Assembly (NCBI GenBank): GCA_963741955.1
Contig: CAVUKB010000004.1
Coordinates: 384,001 to 448,000 of the forward strand
DNA: 64,000 nt
Direction: 5' to 3'
DNA from: an uncultured Acidobacteriota bacterium
GTDB taxonomy: Bacteria; Acidobacteriota; Thermoanaerobaculia; Gp7-AA8
The notes under the pieces are model-generated. The model was not told where the DNA came from and made no database searches. It was given only the letters and a program-made list of their open reading frames with translations. Positions 8,596-17,424 of the stretch are shown piece by piece (position 1 is the first letter of the stretch; each line of letters begins with the position of its first letter). A program made the translations under genes and the position numbers.

Positions 8596-10312
8596 CCCGG
8601 ATTTCTCACAGTAGGGAGAAAAAGACCGCCGTTCCGTGCTATTAAGTTGAGTGTGCACAACAACATCAACAGCACGGGAGGCGGCGGTATGAAGCAGACA
8701 GAGTGTAGCGGGAACGAGTTGCGATTCCAAGGGGTGGGAGGGCGTGAGATCGTCGCCAGGTTCGACGGTGGACAGCTCACTTCGGACGGGGGAGGGCTCC
8801 TGCTGCTCGAGACGGAAAGGCGGACGAGGATTCTGGAAAGGTTCGTCGGATGCTTTCGGGATTACCGAAAACGCACTTTGGTTCAGCACTCGCTCGAGTC
8901 GATGATCCGGCAGCGGGTGATGGGATTGGCTCTCGGATATGAAGATCTGAACGATCACGATTCTCTGCGTGAGGATCCGCTGATCGGGACCTTATCGGGC
9001 AAATCGGATCCCAGGCAGCCGCTGGCGGGCAAGAGTACGCTGAACCGGTTGGAGTTGACCCCGGATGGTCACGGGGAGGATCGATACAAGCGGATCGTCT
9101 ATGACGGAAACGCGATTGATAAATTCTTCGTCGACGTGTTCTTAAAATCCAGGTCGACTCCTCCGGATCAGATCGTGATTGATCTGGACACGACCGAGGA
9201 CAGAATCCATGGGAATCAGGAGGGGCGATTTTTCCACGGCCACTACGGGTCGTACTGCTATCTGCCACTCTACGTGTTCTGTGGACAGGATCTGCTCTGC
9301 GCACGTCTGCGAGAGGCGAGCGTCGGACCTGCCGAGGGAACGGTCGAGGAACTCAGGCGGATCATTGGGCAGATCCGTGAGAGCTGGCCGGATGTGAAGA
9401 TCGTGATTCGTGCTGATTCGGGATTCTGCTGCGACGAGATCCTGAGCTGGTGCGAGTCCGAAGGGATCGATTACGCGATCGGTCTGCCCAAGAACCGGCG
9501 CCTCGAGGCGATGATCGAGGCGGAGATGGCTCTGGTACGAGCCGAGTCGCAACATCTCTCCGAGGCGTGCCGCACCTACAAGGATCTGAACTACCGGACT
9601 CGCAAGAGCTGGAGCCGGTCCCGTCGTGTGGTGGCGAAAGCCGAGTACCTGGTGGACAAAGCCAACGGCAGGTTCGTCGTAACGTCGCTCCCGGTGGAGG
9701 CGATGGCGGTGAAGCCGCTGTACGAAGAGCTCTACTGTGAGCGCGGAGAGATGGAGAACCGAATCAAGGAACAGAAATGTTTTCTGTTTTCGGATCGGAC
9801 CTCGGCGGCAACGATGAGAGCAAATCAGTTGCGGCTCTGGTTTTCTTCGGCGGCCTATCTGCTGATGAATGCGTTGCGGCGGCTGGGACTGAAAGGAACC
9901 GAGCTGGCCACCGCTCAGTGCAACACAATTCGGCTGAAGCTGTTCAAGATCGGAGCACGGATCCGCGTGACCACGCGCAAGATATGGATCTCACTCTCGA
10001 GTGGGTATCCGATGACGAAGCTGTTCGCGCTGGTCTGCAGCAACTTAGCTCTTGCCTCTCCCTGAAGGCGGATCGTTCCTCAACTCATCTTCCCGCAACC
10101 ACGTCTGTTCAACTCTGAACCAGAGGAAACGTGTGTCTGAGCGTTGGCTGCACGATACTGCCCGAACCTCCGCCGCCCTCCGGAACCAGCGCCCAGTCAA
10201 ATAACTTCAGCCTTGTTCGACTCCAACTCTCCCCATTCCGGCAAAATCTACGCTGAACGCCCCCTTCAGCTCCGGTTGAACTCCCCCAAAAGAGTCTTGT
10301 GAGAAATGCGGG
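8596..10312 (+). mobile_element. IS1380-family insertion sequence, 1717 bp, apparently intact
   Basis: IRL CCCGGATTTCTCACA (8596-8610) and IRR TGTGAGAAATGCGGG (10298-10312) match 14/15. CTAG is duplicated at 8592-8595 and 10313-10316. Single transposase ORF. Confidence 0.93.
8689..10065 (+). CDS. IS1380-family DDE transposase
   Basis: FDGGQLTSDGG, GYEDLNDHD, IDLD, IRADSGF, YCERGEMENRIKE, ANQLRL motifs; GGGAGG SD before ATG 8689. Confidence 0.93.
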   Translation: MKQTECSGNELRFQGVGGREIVARFDGGQLTSDGGGLLLLETERRTRILERFVGCFRDYRKRTLVQHSLESMIRQRVMGLALGYEDLNDHDSLREDPLIGTLSGKSDPRQPLAGKSTLNRLELTPDGHGEDRYKRIVYDGNAIDKFFVDVFLKSRSTPPDQIVIDLDTTEDRIHGNQEGRFFHGHYGSYCYLPLYVFCGQDLLCARLREASVGPAEGTVEELRRIIGQIRESWPDVKIVIRADSGFCCDEILSWCESEGIDYAIGLPKNRRLEAMIEAEMALVRAESQHLSEACRTYKDLNYRTRKSWSRSRRVVAKAEYLVDKANGRFVVTSLPVEAMAVKPLYEELYCERGEMENRIKEQKCFLFSDRTSAATMRANQLRLWFSSAAYLLMNALRRLGLKGTELATAQCNTIRLKLFKIGARIRVTTRKIWISLSSGYPMTKLFALVCSNLALASP

Positions 10313-10519
10313 CTAGGATCGAGGATCGAGGATCTGAAAGGCATCGAGGATCTAGGATCTAGGATCTAGGATCTGAAAGGCACCGAGAATCGCGAATCTA
10401 GGATCGGGGATCTGAAAGGCATCGAGGATCGAGGATCGAGGATCTGAAAAGCATCTCGAGGATCTGAGGATCGCTTATCCGCTCCTCAGATATCAGATAA
10501 CCGATAACCGATAACAGAT
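10313..10519. repeat. Heptamer tandem repeat tract: AGGATC(G/T) runs with GAAAGGCATC spacers, then (C/A)GATA(A/T)C heptamers
   Basis: e.g. AGGATCTAGGATCTAGGATCTAGGATCTGAAAGG, and CAGATATCAGATAACCGATAACCGATAACAGAT at 10487-10519. Confidence 0.88.
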
Positions 10520-10523
10520 GCTC

Positions 10524-11483
10524 CTATTTTCGGTCGGGTGACGAGTTGTAAAAGAACTGGCAGGTCACGCGCTCCGAGGGGTTCGGGAAGTCGGCGGGGA
10601 GGGGGTTGAGAGGGGAGGAGAGCTCGATTGCTTTCTTCGCCGCGAAGTCGTAGGGAGGAGTGCCTGAGCCCTGGACCACCTGAAGATCGGTGATGGAGCC
10701 GTTGCGCTGGATGGTGAAGCGGATCGTCACGACGCCTTTGAGTCCCATCCGGATGATCTCCGGCATGTTCGCGTACCAGTTGATGCGGATTCTCCGCACC
10801 ATCGCGTCGGCGTAGTCGCCCCACGGATACCACTGCGTCTCGAACGAGACGGGGCCGCTCTCCGCGAATCCGCTCTCGCCCCCTGATGCGCCGGCTCCTC
10901 CTCCGCCGAGTGCGGCCATTTTTCCGGCTTCACGAATCGCGGATTTCCAGTCGACGGCGCCGTCGGAGGCGGCTGGCTCACGCGCAGACGGTTCCCGAAA
11001 CGCGAGCGCCGCGTCGCTGGAGCTCTTCGACGGATCGCGATCGTGCTCGGAGTCCTGTTTCGAGCCGCGCTGGGCCTGCATTGCGGGAGTCGGAGGCGAA
11101 GGGGTGGAAGCCTGGCCGGGATTGCCCATGGGGGGGATGTACGCGCCTCCCGATCCGGGGCGCAGGGTCGGCTTCTCTCCGGTCGGGTTCGGCGTCGCAG
11201 CCCGGCGATTCCGGTTGGAGAACGGGGCATCGGGGGAGGGTGTCTGAGTCGTCGCCGCGCCGGGCGCTTCGGTGAATACGCGATCGGCCGCGGAGCCGCC
11301 AGCGCGAGGCTGCAACTCGACATACTCGATCGGACTCTTCTTCGGCGGCGGAGGAGCGGTCAGCGCGCGATAGGTCCAGAAACCGAGCAGCACCACGTGC
11401 ACCGCGAGCGATAGAAGGATTCCGAGCAGGATTCCCGACCCGGCGGGAGGCCTCTCCTCGATGAGATGGAGCTCTTGGTTCAC
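10524..11483 (-). CDS. TonB/TolA C-terminal domain protein
   Basis: N-terminal TM with SLAVH, Pro-rich linker, C-terminal VTIRFTIQRNGSI...SGTPPYDFAAKKAI...PLP. GTG start at 11483 inferred. Confidence 0.85.
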   Translation of the reverse strand: MNQELHLIEERPPAGSGILLGILLSLAVHVVLLGFWTYRALTAPPPPKKSPIEYVELQPRAGGSAADRVFTEAPGAATTQTPSPDAPFSNRNRRAATPNPTGEKPTLRPGSGGAYIPPMGNPGQASTPSPPTPAMQAQRGSKQDSEHDRDPSKSSSDAALAFREPSAREPAASDGAVDWKSAIREAGKMAALGGGGAGASGGESGFAESGPVSFETQWYPWGDYADAMVRRIRINWYANMPEIIRMGLKGVVTIRFTIQRNGSITDLQVVQGSGTPPYDFAAKKAIELSSPLNPLPADFPNPSERVTCQFFYNSSPDRK

Positions 11484-11628
11484 GACGCGACCAGCCTCTG
11501 TACTAAAGAACCGCTCTCCCCGATTTGTTCCCCGGAGCTCTCGCGCGGAGCCGGATTCGTAATGTTCTGCCGCGGGTCGTAGAATCGAAGAAAACGTCCC
11601 GCCGCGCGAGGCGGGAGAGGGAGCGACC

Positions 11629-12315
11629 ATGACAGAGGTGACGGTGCCTCCGGAGAGTCAGGGCGAGCGTTTCGACTTCGGGCGGTCATTCGCGTTCGTC
11701 TTCGAGGATCCGGACTGGCTGAACAAGATTCTGCTGGGCGGATTGTTCTATCTGCTCGGTGTGGTGATCGTCGGATGGTTCATCGTCTTCGGGTATCTCG
11801 CCGCTCTTGCACGTAACGTCATCGCGGGTGTGGAACGGCCACTCCCTGAATGGAGCGGTATCGGCGACTACTTCGCCGAGGGCCTGAAGCTGTTTGCGGT
11901 CGGGCTGGTGTATCTCCTGCCGAACTTTCTCCTGGCTCTGATGTGGTTCGGTCTGTCTGTTCTCTTCGACGCATCGGACAGCTGGCGGGTTTCGGGGCCC
12001 TTCGCCATGGTGCTGCTGGCTCTCTTCTCGGTGCCGATCGTTCTGATCGTCTACGTCACCATGCCTGCGGCGCTGATCCGGGTGGTGGTGACCAGGCGCT
12101 TCTCCGCGGCCTTCGAGTTCGGTCGGGTATGGGACCTGATCCGCTTCAACGCCATCAATTACCTTCTGACGATCGCCACCTACATCATCGCGAGTTTCGT
12201 CGGACAACTCGGCTTCCTCCTCTGTTGCATCGGCGTGTTCTTCACCTCGTTCTGGGGACTGGTGGTGACCACCCACGCGATGGCGCAGACGTATCGATAC
12301 TCGAGTGTGAAATGA
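11629..12315 (+). CDS. DUF4013-like integral membrane protein
   Basis: FEDPDWLNKILLGG...GY...LPEW pattern; multiple TMs. Confidence 0.78.
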   Translation: MTEVTVPPESQGERFDFGRSFAFVFEDPDWLNKILLGGLFYLLGVVIVGWFIVFGYLAALARNVIAGVERPLPEWSGIGDYFAEGLKLFAVGLVYLLPNFLLALMWFGLSVLFDASDSWRVSGPFAMVLLALFSVPIVLIVYVTMPAALIRVVVTRRFSAAFEFGRVWDLIRFNAINYLLTIATYIIASFVGQLGFLLCCIGVFFTSFWGLVVTTHAMAQTYRYSSVK

Positions 12316-12788
12316 GCGAGAGGGAGATCCGGATCGCCGCGACCGGTATTCTGGTCGCGGCAGCGTTCCTTCCGCTCGCCGCGGTCGCGACGAATGCGGC
12401 GATCGTCCTCGGCGCACCTTCGTCGCTGCGGGTCGTCTTTCACGCCGTCTGTCACGGCATCCCGGACCGCTGCCTTCTCCTCTTTGGAGTGCCGCTTCCG
12501 CTTTGTGGACGCTGTTTCGGCTTTTACTGCGGCGTCGTGGCCGGTATCGGCTCCTCTCTCCTCTTCCGGCGCGCCGCCTGGTGGTCGTCCAATCCGCGGC
12601 TCTGGTTTCTGCTGATGGTCCCGATGGCGATCGACGGCGTGCTCGAGCTGTTCCACGTCTATGCCGGAACCAACCTGCTTCGTGCTGCGACGGGAGTGGC
12701 TGCGGGAGCCGGAATCGGCCTCTGGGCGATGGCTGCATTGACGAAGAGCCGGTGCGCCGAGCAGCCGCATCGTGTGGCGCCGCTCTGA
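12312..12788 (+). CDS. DUF2085-like membrane protein
   Basis: VCHGIPDRC...LPLCGRCFGFY, PMAIDG, NLLRAATG; ATGA overlap with the upstream stop. Confidence 0.78.
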   Translation: MSEREIRIAATGILVAAAFLPLAAVATNAAIVLGAPSSLRVVFHAVCHGIPDRCLLLFGVPLPLCGRCFGFYCGVVAGIGSSLLFRRAAWWSSNPRLWFLLMVPMAIDGVLELFHVYAGTNLLRAATGVAAGAGIGLWAMAALTKSRCAEQPHRVAPL

Positions 12789-12793
12789 TTTTC

Positions 12794-12823
12794 TTGACGT
12801 TGTCTCGGCTGTTGCGCTACGCT
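12794..12823 (+). promoter_or_regulatory. Putative sigma70 promoter for the DUF4388-pgeF-PBP1B genes
   Basis: TTGACG-18bp-TACGCT in the intergenic region. Confidence 0.35.
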
Positions 12824-12917
12824 TCCACCATTAGTTGAAGCGCTGGGAAATCGTTCATCACAAAGAACCTACAAGGTGTCGTGGTGTGTCGGCGGTTTCC
12901 GTAGAGTGCAGAACGCC

Positions 12918-13736
12918 ATGGCTTTTCAAGGGTCGCTAAAGGAACTGCCTCTTCCCGACATCATTCAGCTCGTGAGTGTCTCCGGGAAAACCGGGAGATT
13001 CACTCTCGTGAATGAGGGTCACAGCGGTCTGATCTACCTCAAGAACGGGCAGATGGTTCACGCCGAGTTGGGAGAGCTGATCGGCGAAGAGGCGATCTAC
13101 GCACTCGCCATCTGGAACTCGGGAGACTTCCAGTTCTCCCCGAGTGAAGAAGCGCCGCGCCAGACGATCACCCGCTCGAACACCAATCTCCTGATGGAAG
13201 CGGCGCGCCGTCTCGACGAGTGGAAGGTCCTTTCGAAGAAGATCCCTTCGGTGGAGCTGGTTCCCGAGCTCCACGCCCGGCAGAACCGCCGCGAGCAGAT
13301 CGTCCTCAATCCGCAGGAGTGGATGGTGATCACACGGCTCGATGGCCGTCATTCGATCGCCGAAGTGGGGAAGGCCCTCAACCTCTCCGCGTTCGACGTG
13401 GCGAAGGTGCTCTACGGACTGATCACCTCCGAGCTGGTCACCCTAAAAAAAAAATCTGAAAATCCCGTCATCGCTTCCGCAGAGCACGCAGAGCTTCTCG
13501 CTCTCGCAGACCGGATCCGCCGAATAGCCGAACAGCACCTCGGCGAATCCGGCCGGAAGTCGATCGACAAATACTTCGCGCTCGCCGTCGACGCAATCCG
13601 AAAGGGACATGGTCCCGCCGCGATCGACCTGATGGTCCGCGAATTCGAAAAGGCCGCGTCGCTTCTCGGCGGACTCGCCGTCACCGAGCGCCTCCGTTCG
13701 GAGATCTCCGAGATTCGAGAAGCGAAAGCCTCCTGA
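12918..13736 (+). CDS. DUF4388 (PatA N-terminal-like) domain protein with C-terminal helical extension
   Basis: MAFQGSLKELPLPDIIQLV...KTG...IYLKNG...W..GDFQF...LLMEAARRLDEW; internal A10 run at 13445-13454. Confidence 0.82.
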   Translation: MAFQGSLKELPLPDIIQLVSVSGKTGRFTLVNEGHSGLIYLKNGQMVHAELGELIGEEAIYALAIWNSGDFQFSPSEEAPRQTITRSNTNLLMEAARRLDEWKVLSKKIPSVELVPELHARQNRREQIVLNPQEWMVITRLDGRHSIAEVGKALNLSAFDVAKVLYGLITSELVTLKKKSENPVIASAEHAELLALADRIRRIAEQHLGESGRKSIDKYFALAVDAIRKGHGPAAIDLMVREFEKAASLLGGLAVTERLRSEISEIREAKAS

Positions 13737-13740
13737 CTCG

Positions 13741-14496
13741 ATGACTTCCTCCTGGACCGTCGAAGACTCTCCCTTCGGTCGCATCGTCGTCGCGAACTCC
13801 CGGCCTCCCGCGACCGCACTCTTCTACACCACGGCCGATGATAGCGGTCGTCTCGGAGAGGACGTGGTGGACCGGCTCCGCGAATGGATCGGAGAGCGGT
13901 TCGGCATCTCCATCGACCGCTTTGGAACTTGCTCCCAGATTCACGGGACCGGCATTCAGCCGGTCACCGCCGCCGATTCCGCATGGTGCGAAACCGAGGG
14001 ATGCGACGCTCTCTGGACTGCCGAACCCAAGGCCGGGCTCGGCATCAAGGTTGCAGATTGCCTCCCCGTCGCGCTGGTGGATCCGGATGCCTTCGTGATT
14101 GCAGACATTCACTCCGGATGGCGGGGAACAGTGAAGAAAATCACGGAAAGAACCGTGTCGCGTCTTCGCGAAGAAAGCGGATTCGAAGCGGCCAGGGCGC
14201 ATGCGTACCTCGGCCCTTCCATCCGCCGCTGCTGCTTCGAGGTGGGGGAGGAAGTGGTCGATACGTTCATCGCGACGTTCGGTGAGCTCGCATGGCCGCA
14301 CATCGACCGATCCTTCGGTCCACGGCCCCATCTCGATCTGGCGGCGCTCACGCGCGACATCCTCCTTCAGCTCGGCCTTCGCTCCGAAACGATTCACGAT
14401 TCGGAGCTGTGCACCCGATGCGATGGTTCGCTGTTCCACTCTTACAGGCGCAGCGGCCCCGGTTCAGGCCGGAATCTCGCAATCGTGGCTCACTGA
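13741..14496 (+). CDS. pgeF: Peptidoglycan editing factor PgeF / YfiH family
   Basis: QIHG, ADCLPV, HSGWRG, GPSIRRCCFEVG, CTRC, FHSYRR. Confidence 0.9.
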   Translation: MTSSWTVEDSPFGRIVVANSRPPATALFYTTADDSGRLGEDVVDRLREWIGERFGISIDRFGTCSQIHGTGIQPVTAADSAWCETEGCDALWTAEPKAGLGIKVADCLPVALVDPDAFVIADIHSGWRGTVKKITERTVSRLREESGFEAARAHAYLGPSIRRCCFEVGEEVVDTFIATFGELAWPHIDRSFGPRPHLDLAALTRDILLQLGLRSETIHDSELCTRCDGSLFHSYRRSGPGSGRNLAIVAH

Positions 14497-17162
14497 TGCC
14501 GTCATTCCAGACCAGACTTCCATCCCGTCGAACCGTTTTCCGCACCATCTCGTTCCTCGTGGTTGCGGGAATCCTCCTCGTGATCGGCCTCGGCGTGTGG
14601 GGCTACTTCGAAGCCGTGAAGCGGTTCGAAGTGCGACGCGTTTCGCTCCCCACCCGCATCTACGCCGACCTCTTTCCGCTCCGGCCCGGCGTCTCGCTGA
14701 CTCCCGGGGATCTCGAAGACAAGCTCGGCCGCCTCGGCTACCGCGAGGTCGAGACGGTGAAAGGCGAGGGAGAGTACACGAAGTCCCACTCGACGTTCGA
14801 CATCTATCTCCGCTCGTTCCGCTATCCGACGGGAAAGCACGATGCCGAGAGGATCGAAGTCGAGCTCGCGGACGGTCGCATCCGGAGAGTCAGCGTGCAG
14901 GGAGGGGGAGCGGTCGAGACGGCTGCGCTCGAGCCCGAGCTCCTCACGTCGATTCTCACCAATCGGCTCGAGAATCGCCGTCCGGTGAACCTCGACCAGG
15001 TGCCGCAGAACCTGATCGACGCCGTCGTCGTGACCGAGGACATCCGCTTCTGGTCGCATCCCGGCGTCGATCCGATCGGGATTGTGCGGGCACTGGTACG
15101 CAACATCCGCAGCGGCGGAGTGGCCGAGGGGGGGTCGACGCTCACCCAGCAGCTGGTGAAGAACTATTACCTGAGCAATGAGCGGACGCTGAGACGGAAG
15201 ATCATCGAAGCGTTCATGGCGATCATCCTCGATGCGCGCTACTCGAAGAAGGAGATCCTCGAGGCGTATCTGAACGACATCTACCTCGGGAGGAACCGCT
15301 CCATCTCGATCATCGGAGTCGGCGAGGCCGCGCGCTATTACTTCGGCAAGCCGGTCGCGGAGCTCCAGCCCGCGGAGTCGGCGCTCATCGCGGGGATGAT
15401 CCGCAGCCCGAACAACTACTCGCCGTTCGCAGACGCGGATGCGGCGAAGAAGCGGCGTAACACCGTGCTCGGGCTGATGCTCAAGTACCACAAGATCGAC
15501 AGGAGCGAATACGAAAAGGCGATCGCAAAGGAACTGCCGAAGAAGCCGGGAAAGCAGCGGACCGGGCTCGGGTCGATCCCGTATTACGTCGACGAGGTGG
15601 TGCAGGAAGTCAGCGACGACTACGGCATCGGAAACGTCCGGGGACGAGGCCTGTCGATCTACACCGCGATCAATCTCGACTGGCAGGATGAGGCGACGAA
15701 CCAGATCAGGCAGGGGCTGCACGCGCTGGAGCGTTCCAGCAGGCGGCTCCGGCGCGCGGACAGTCCTCTCCAGGGGGTGCTGATTGCGGTCGATGTTCCC
15801 ACCGGGGAGATCCGGGCGCTGGTCGGAGGACGCGATTACAACGAGAGCCAGTTCAATCGTGCACTGCAGGCGAAACGGCAGGTCGGTTCACTCTTCAAGC
15901 CATTCGTCTACCTGGCGGCGTTCGAGCCGAGTCTTTCCCATCAGGTGATCACTCCGGCGACTCTGGTCAACGATCAGCGCTTCGTTCTGAAACGGAGATT
16001 TTCGAAGGACTGGTCGCCCCACAACTATGAGGGTGTCTACCACGGGATCGTGACCGTGGAGGAGGCGCTGGTCCATTCGATGAACGTCGCGTCCGTGCGG
16101 ATCGGGCTCGCCACCGGAATCGATTCGATCATCCGTGCGGCCCACGCGCTCGGCATCGAGACGGAGCTCGACTCGGTTCCTTCGCTCATTCTCGGATCGG
16201 TGGAGATTCCGCCCATCGAGATGGCGGAGGCGTACAGCACCATCGCACGGCTCGGGTCACGCCTCCCGCTGCACACCATCCGCTACATCACCGATGACAA
16301 CGGGAGGCTCGTCTCGAAGGCGGACTTCGAGCCGGTTCAGGTCTTTCCCGATCGCGATGTGTACGTCGGCGTGCACATCATGGAAGACGTGGTCACTCAC
16401 GGAACCGCTGCGGGATCCCGCCAGTGGTTCAGGAAGACGGCGGCGGGGAAGACCGGAACGACGAACGACAAGCGCGACGCGTGGTTCATCGGCTTCACAC
16501 CGGAGACGCTCGCCCTCACCTGGGTCGGCTTCGACGACAACAAGCCGACCGGGCTGGCCGGGTCGGAGGGCGCGGTGCCGATCTGGGCGAAGTTCATGAA
16601 CGAAGCGACGAAGGATCAGCAGGACCGTGACTTCCCGGTTCCGTCCGGAATCGTCTTCGTTCCCGTCGACGTCAGCAGTGGAGGTCTGGCCACGCCGTAC
16701 TGTCCGGAAGATCTCGTCAGAACGGTCGCATTCAAGGCGGGGACGGCACCGACGCAGGAGTGTCAGGTCCATCAGCCCCCTCCTCCTCCGCCGATGCAGT
16801 ACCCGTACGGTCAAGGCCTCCCGTACAGCGAAGGGATGCCGCCGGGAATGACGGGGACGGGACTCCCGCCCAGCGCGACCATGCCTCCTGAGCACGAGCC
16901 GATCCTCGGGCCGGGAAATATCGGTACCCCGCCGATGATGCCGCCGACCCGGACGCAGCCTCCCCCGACGCCGACACAGACGCAGGCTCCGCCGACACAG
17001 ACGCAGGCTCCGCCGACGCAACCCCCGCCGACGCGGACGCGACCGCGGCGGACGCAGCCTCCTCCGACGACCACCGCGCCTCCGCCGGAGCGGCCGCAGG
17101 AGAGTCCCCCGACGGCCACATCGACGGAATCACCTCCTCCGCCCGGAGAGACGCGAGGTTAA
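14496..17162 (+). CDS. mrcB: Class A penicillin-binding protein, PBP1B-like (UB2H-like insert, transglycosylase + transpeptidase) with Pro/Thr-rich tail
   Basis: EDIRFWSHPG, GGSTLTQQLVKN, RKIIE, SLFK, SMN, KTGT motifs; TGATG coupling with pgeF. Confidence 0.85.
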   Translation: MPSFQTRLPSRRTVFRTISFLVVAGILLVIGLGVWGYFEAVKRFEVRRVSLPTRIYADLFPLRPGVSLTPGDLEDKLGRLGYREVETVKGEGEYTKSHSTFDIYLRSFRYPTGKHDAERIEVELADGRIRRVSVQGGGAVETAALEPELLTSILTNRLENRRPVNLDQVPQNLIDAVVVTEDIRFWSHPGVDPIGIVRALVRNIRSGGVAEGGSTLTQQLVKNYYLSNERTLRRKIIEAFMAIILDARYSKKEILEAYLNDIYLGRNRSISIIGVGEAARYYFGKPVAELQPAESALIAGMIRSPNNYSPFADADAAKKRRNTVLGLMLKYHKIDRSEYEKAIAKELPKKPGKQRTGLGSIPYYVDEVVQEVSDDYGIGNVRGRGLSIYTAINLDWQDEATNQIRQGLHALERSSRRLRRADSPLQGVLIAVDVPTGEIRALVGGRDYNESQFNRALQAKRQVGSLFKPFVYLAAFEPSLSHQVITPATLVNDQRFVLKRRFSKDWSPHNYEGVYHGIVTVEEALVHSMNVASVRIGLATGIDSIIRAAHALGIETELDSVPSLILGSVEIPPIEMAEAYSTIARLGSRLPLHTIRYITDDNGRLVSKADFEPVQVFPDRDVYVGVHIMEDVVTHGTAAGSRQWFRKTAAGKTGTTNDKRDAWFIGFTPETLALTWVGFDDNKPTGLAGSEGAVPIWAKFMNEATKDQQDRDFPVPSGIVFVPVDVSSGGLATPYCPEDLVRTVAFKAGTAPTQECQVHQPPPPPPMQYPYGQGLPYSEGMPPGMTGTGLPPSATMPPEHEPILGPGNIGTPPMMPPTRTQPPPTPTQTQAPPTQTQAPPTQPPPTRTRPRRTQPPPTTTAPPPERPQESPPTATSTESPPPPGETRG

Positions 17163-17213
17163 CCCGCATTTCTCACACCGTCTCCGCAGCAGAGACGATG
17201 TGAGAAATGCGGG
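17163..17213. mobile_element. 51-bp MITE-like mini-element / hairpin built from two IS1380 ends
   Basis: CCCGCATTTCTCACA-ccgtctccgcagcagagacga-TGTGAGAAATGCGGG; both arms are identical to the IRR of the IS at 8596-10312. Confidence 0.75.
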
Positions 17214-17256
17214 TTAGGGACGCGAGACTCGAGGCGAGGGGCTCGAGTCTCGATTT

Positions 17257-17424
17257 CGGACCCGTGGGACAAGTCGGACCGGTCAGACCCGTCGGACAGG
17301 TCGCACAGAACATTGTTCTGCTCTTGTGCTGAAAGGCAGAATAGAATTCGCGAAAACAGGGCAGAGCGAGAATTATATTCTTCCCGACCCGACCCCCGAC
17401 CCCCGACCCCCGACCCCCGACCCC
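17257..17424. repeat. Short tandem repeats: degenerate 9-mer GTCGGACNN (17257-17308) and heptamer GACCCCC x~5 (17391-17424)
   Basis: Read directly; located between convergent PBP1B and fabF. Confidence 0.8.

Noticed and set aside
4188-8958. Long antisense ORFs (1230 aa, 592 aa) and similar shadows opposite guaB, dnaK, dnaJ and the hyf-like genes
   Set aside because: Typical antisense shadows of high-GC coding genes; no recognisable motifs.
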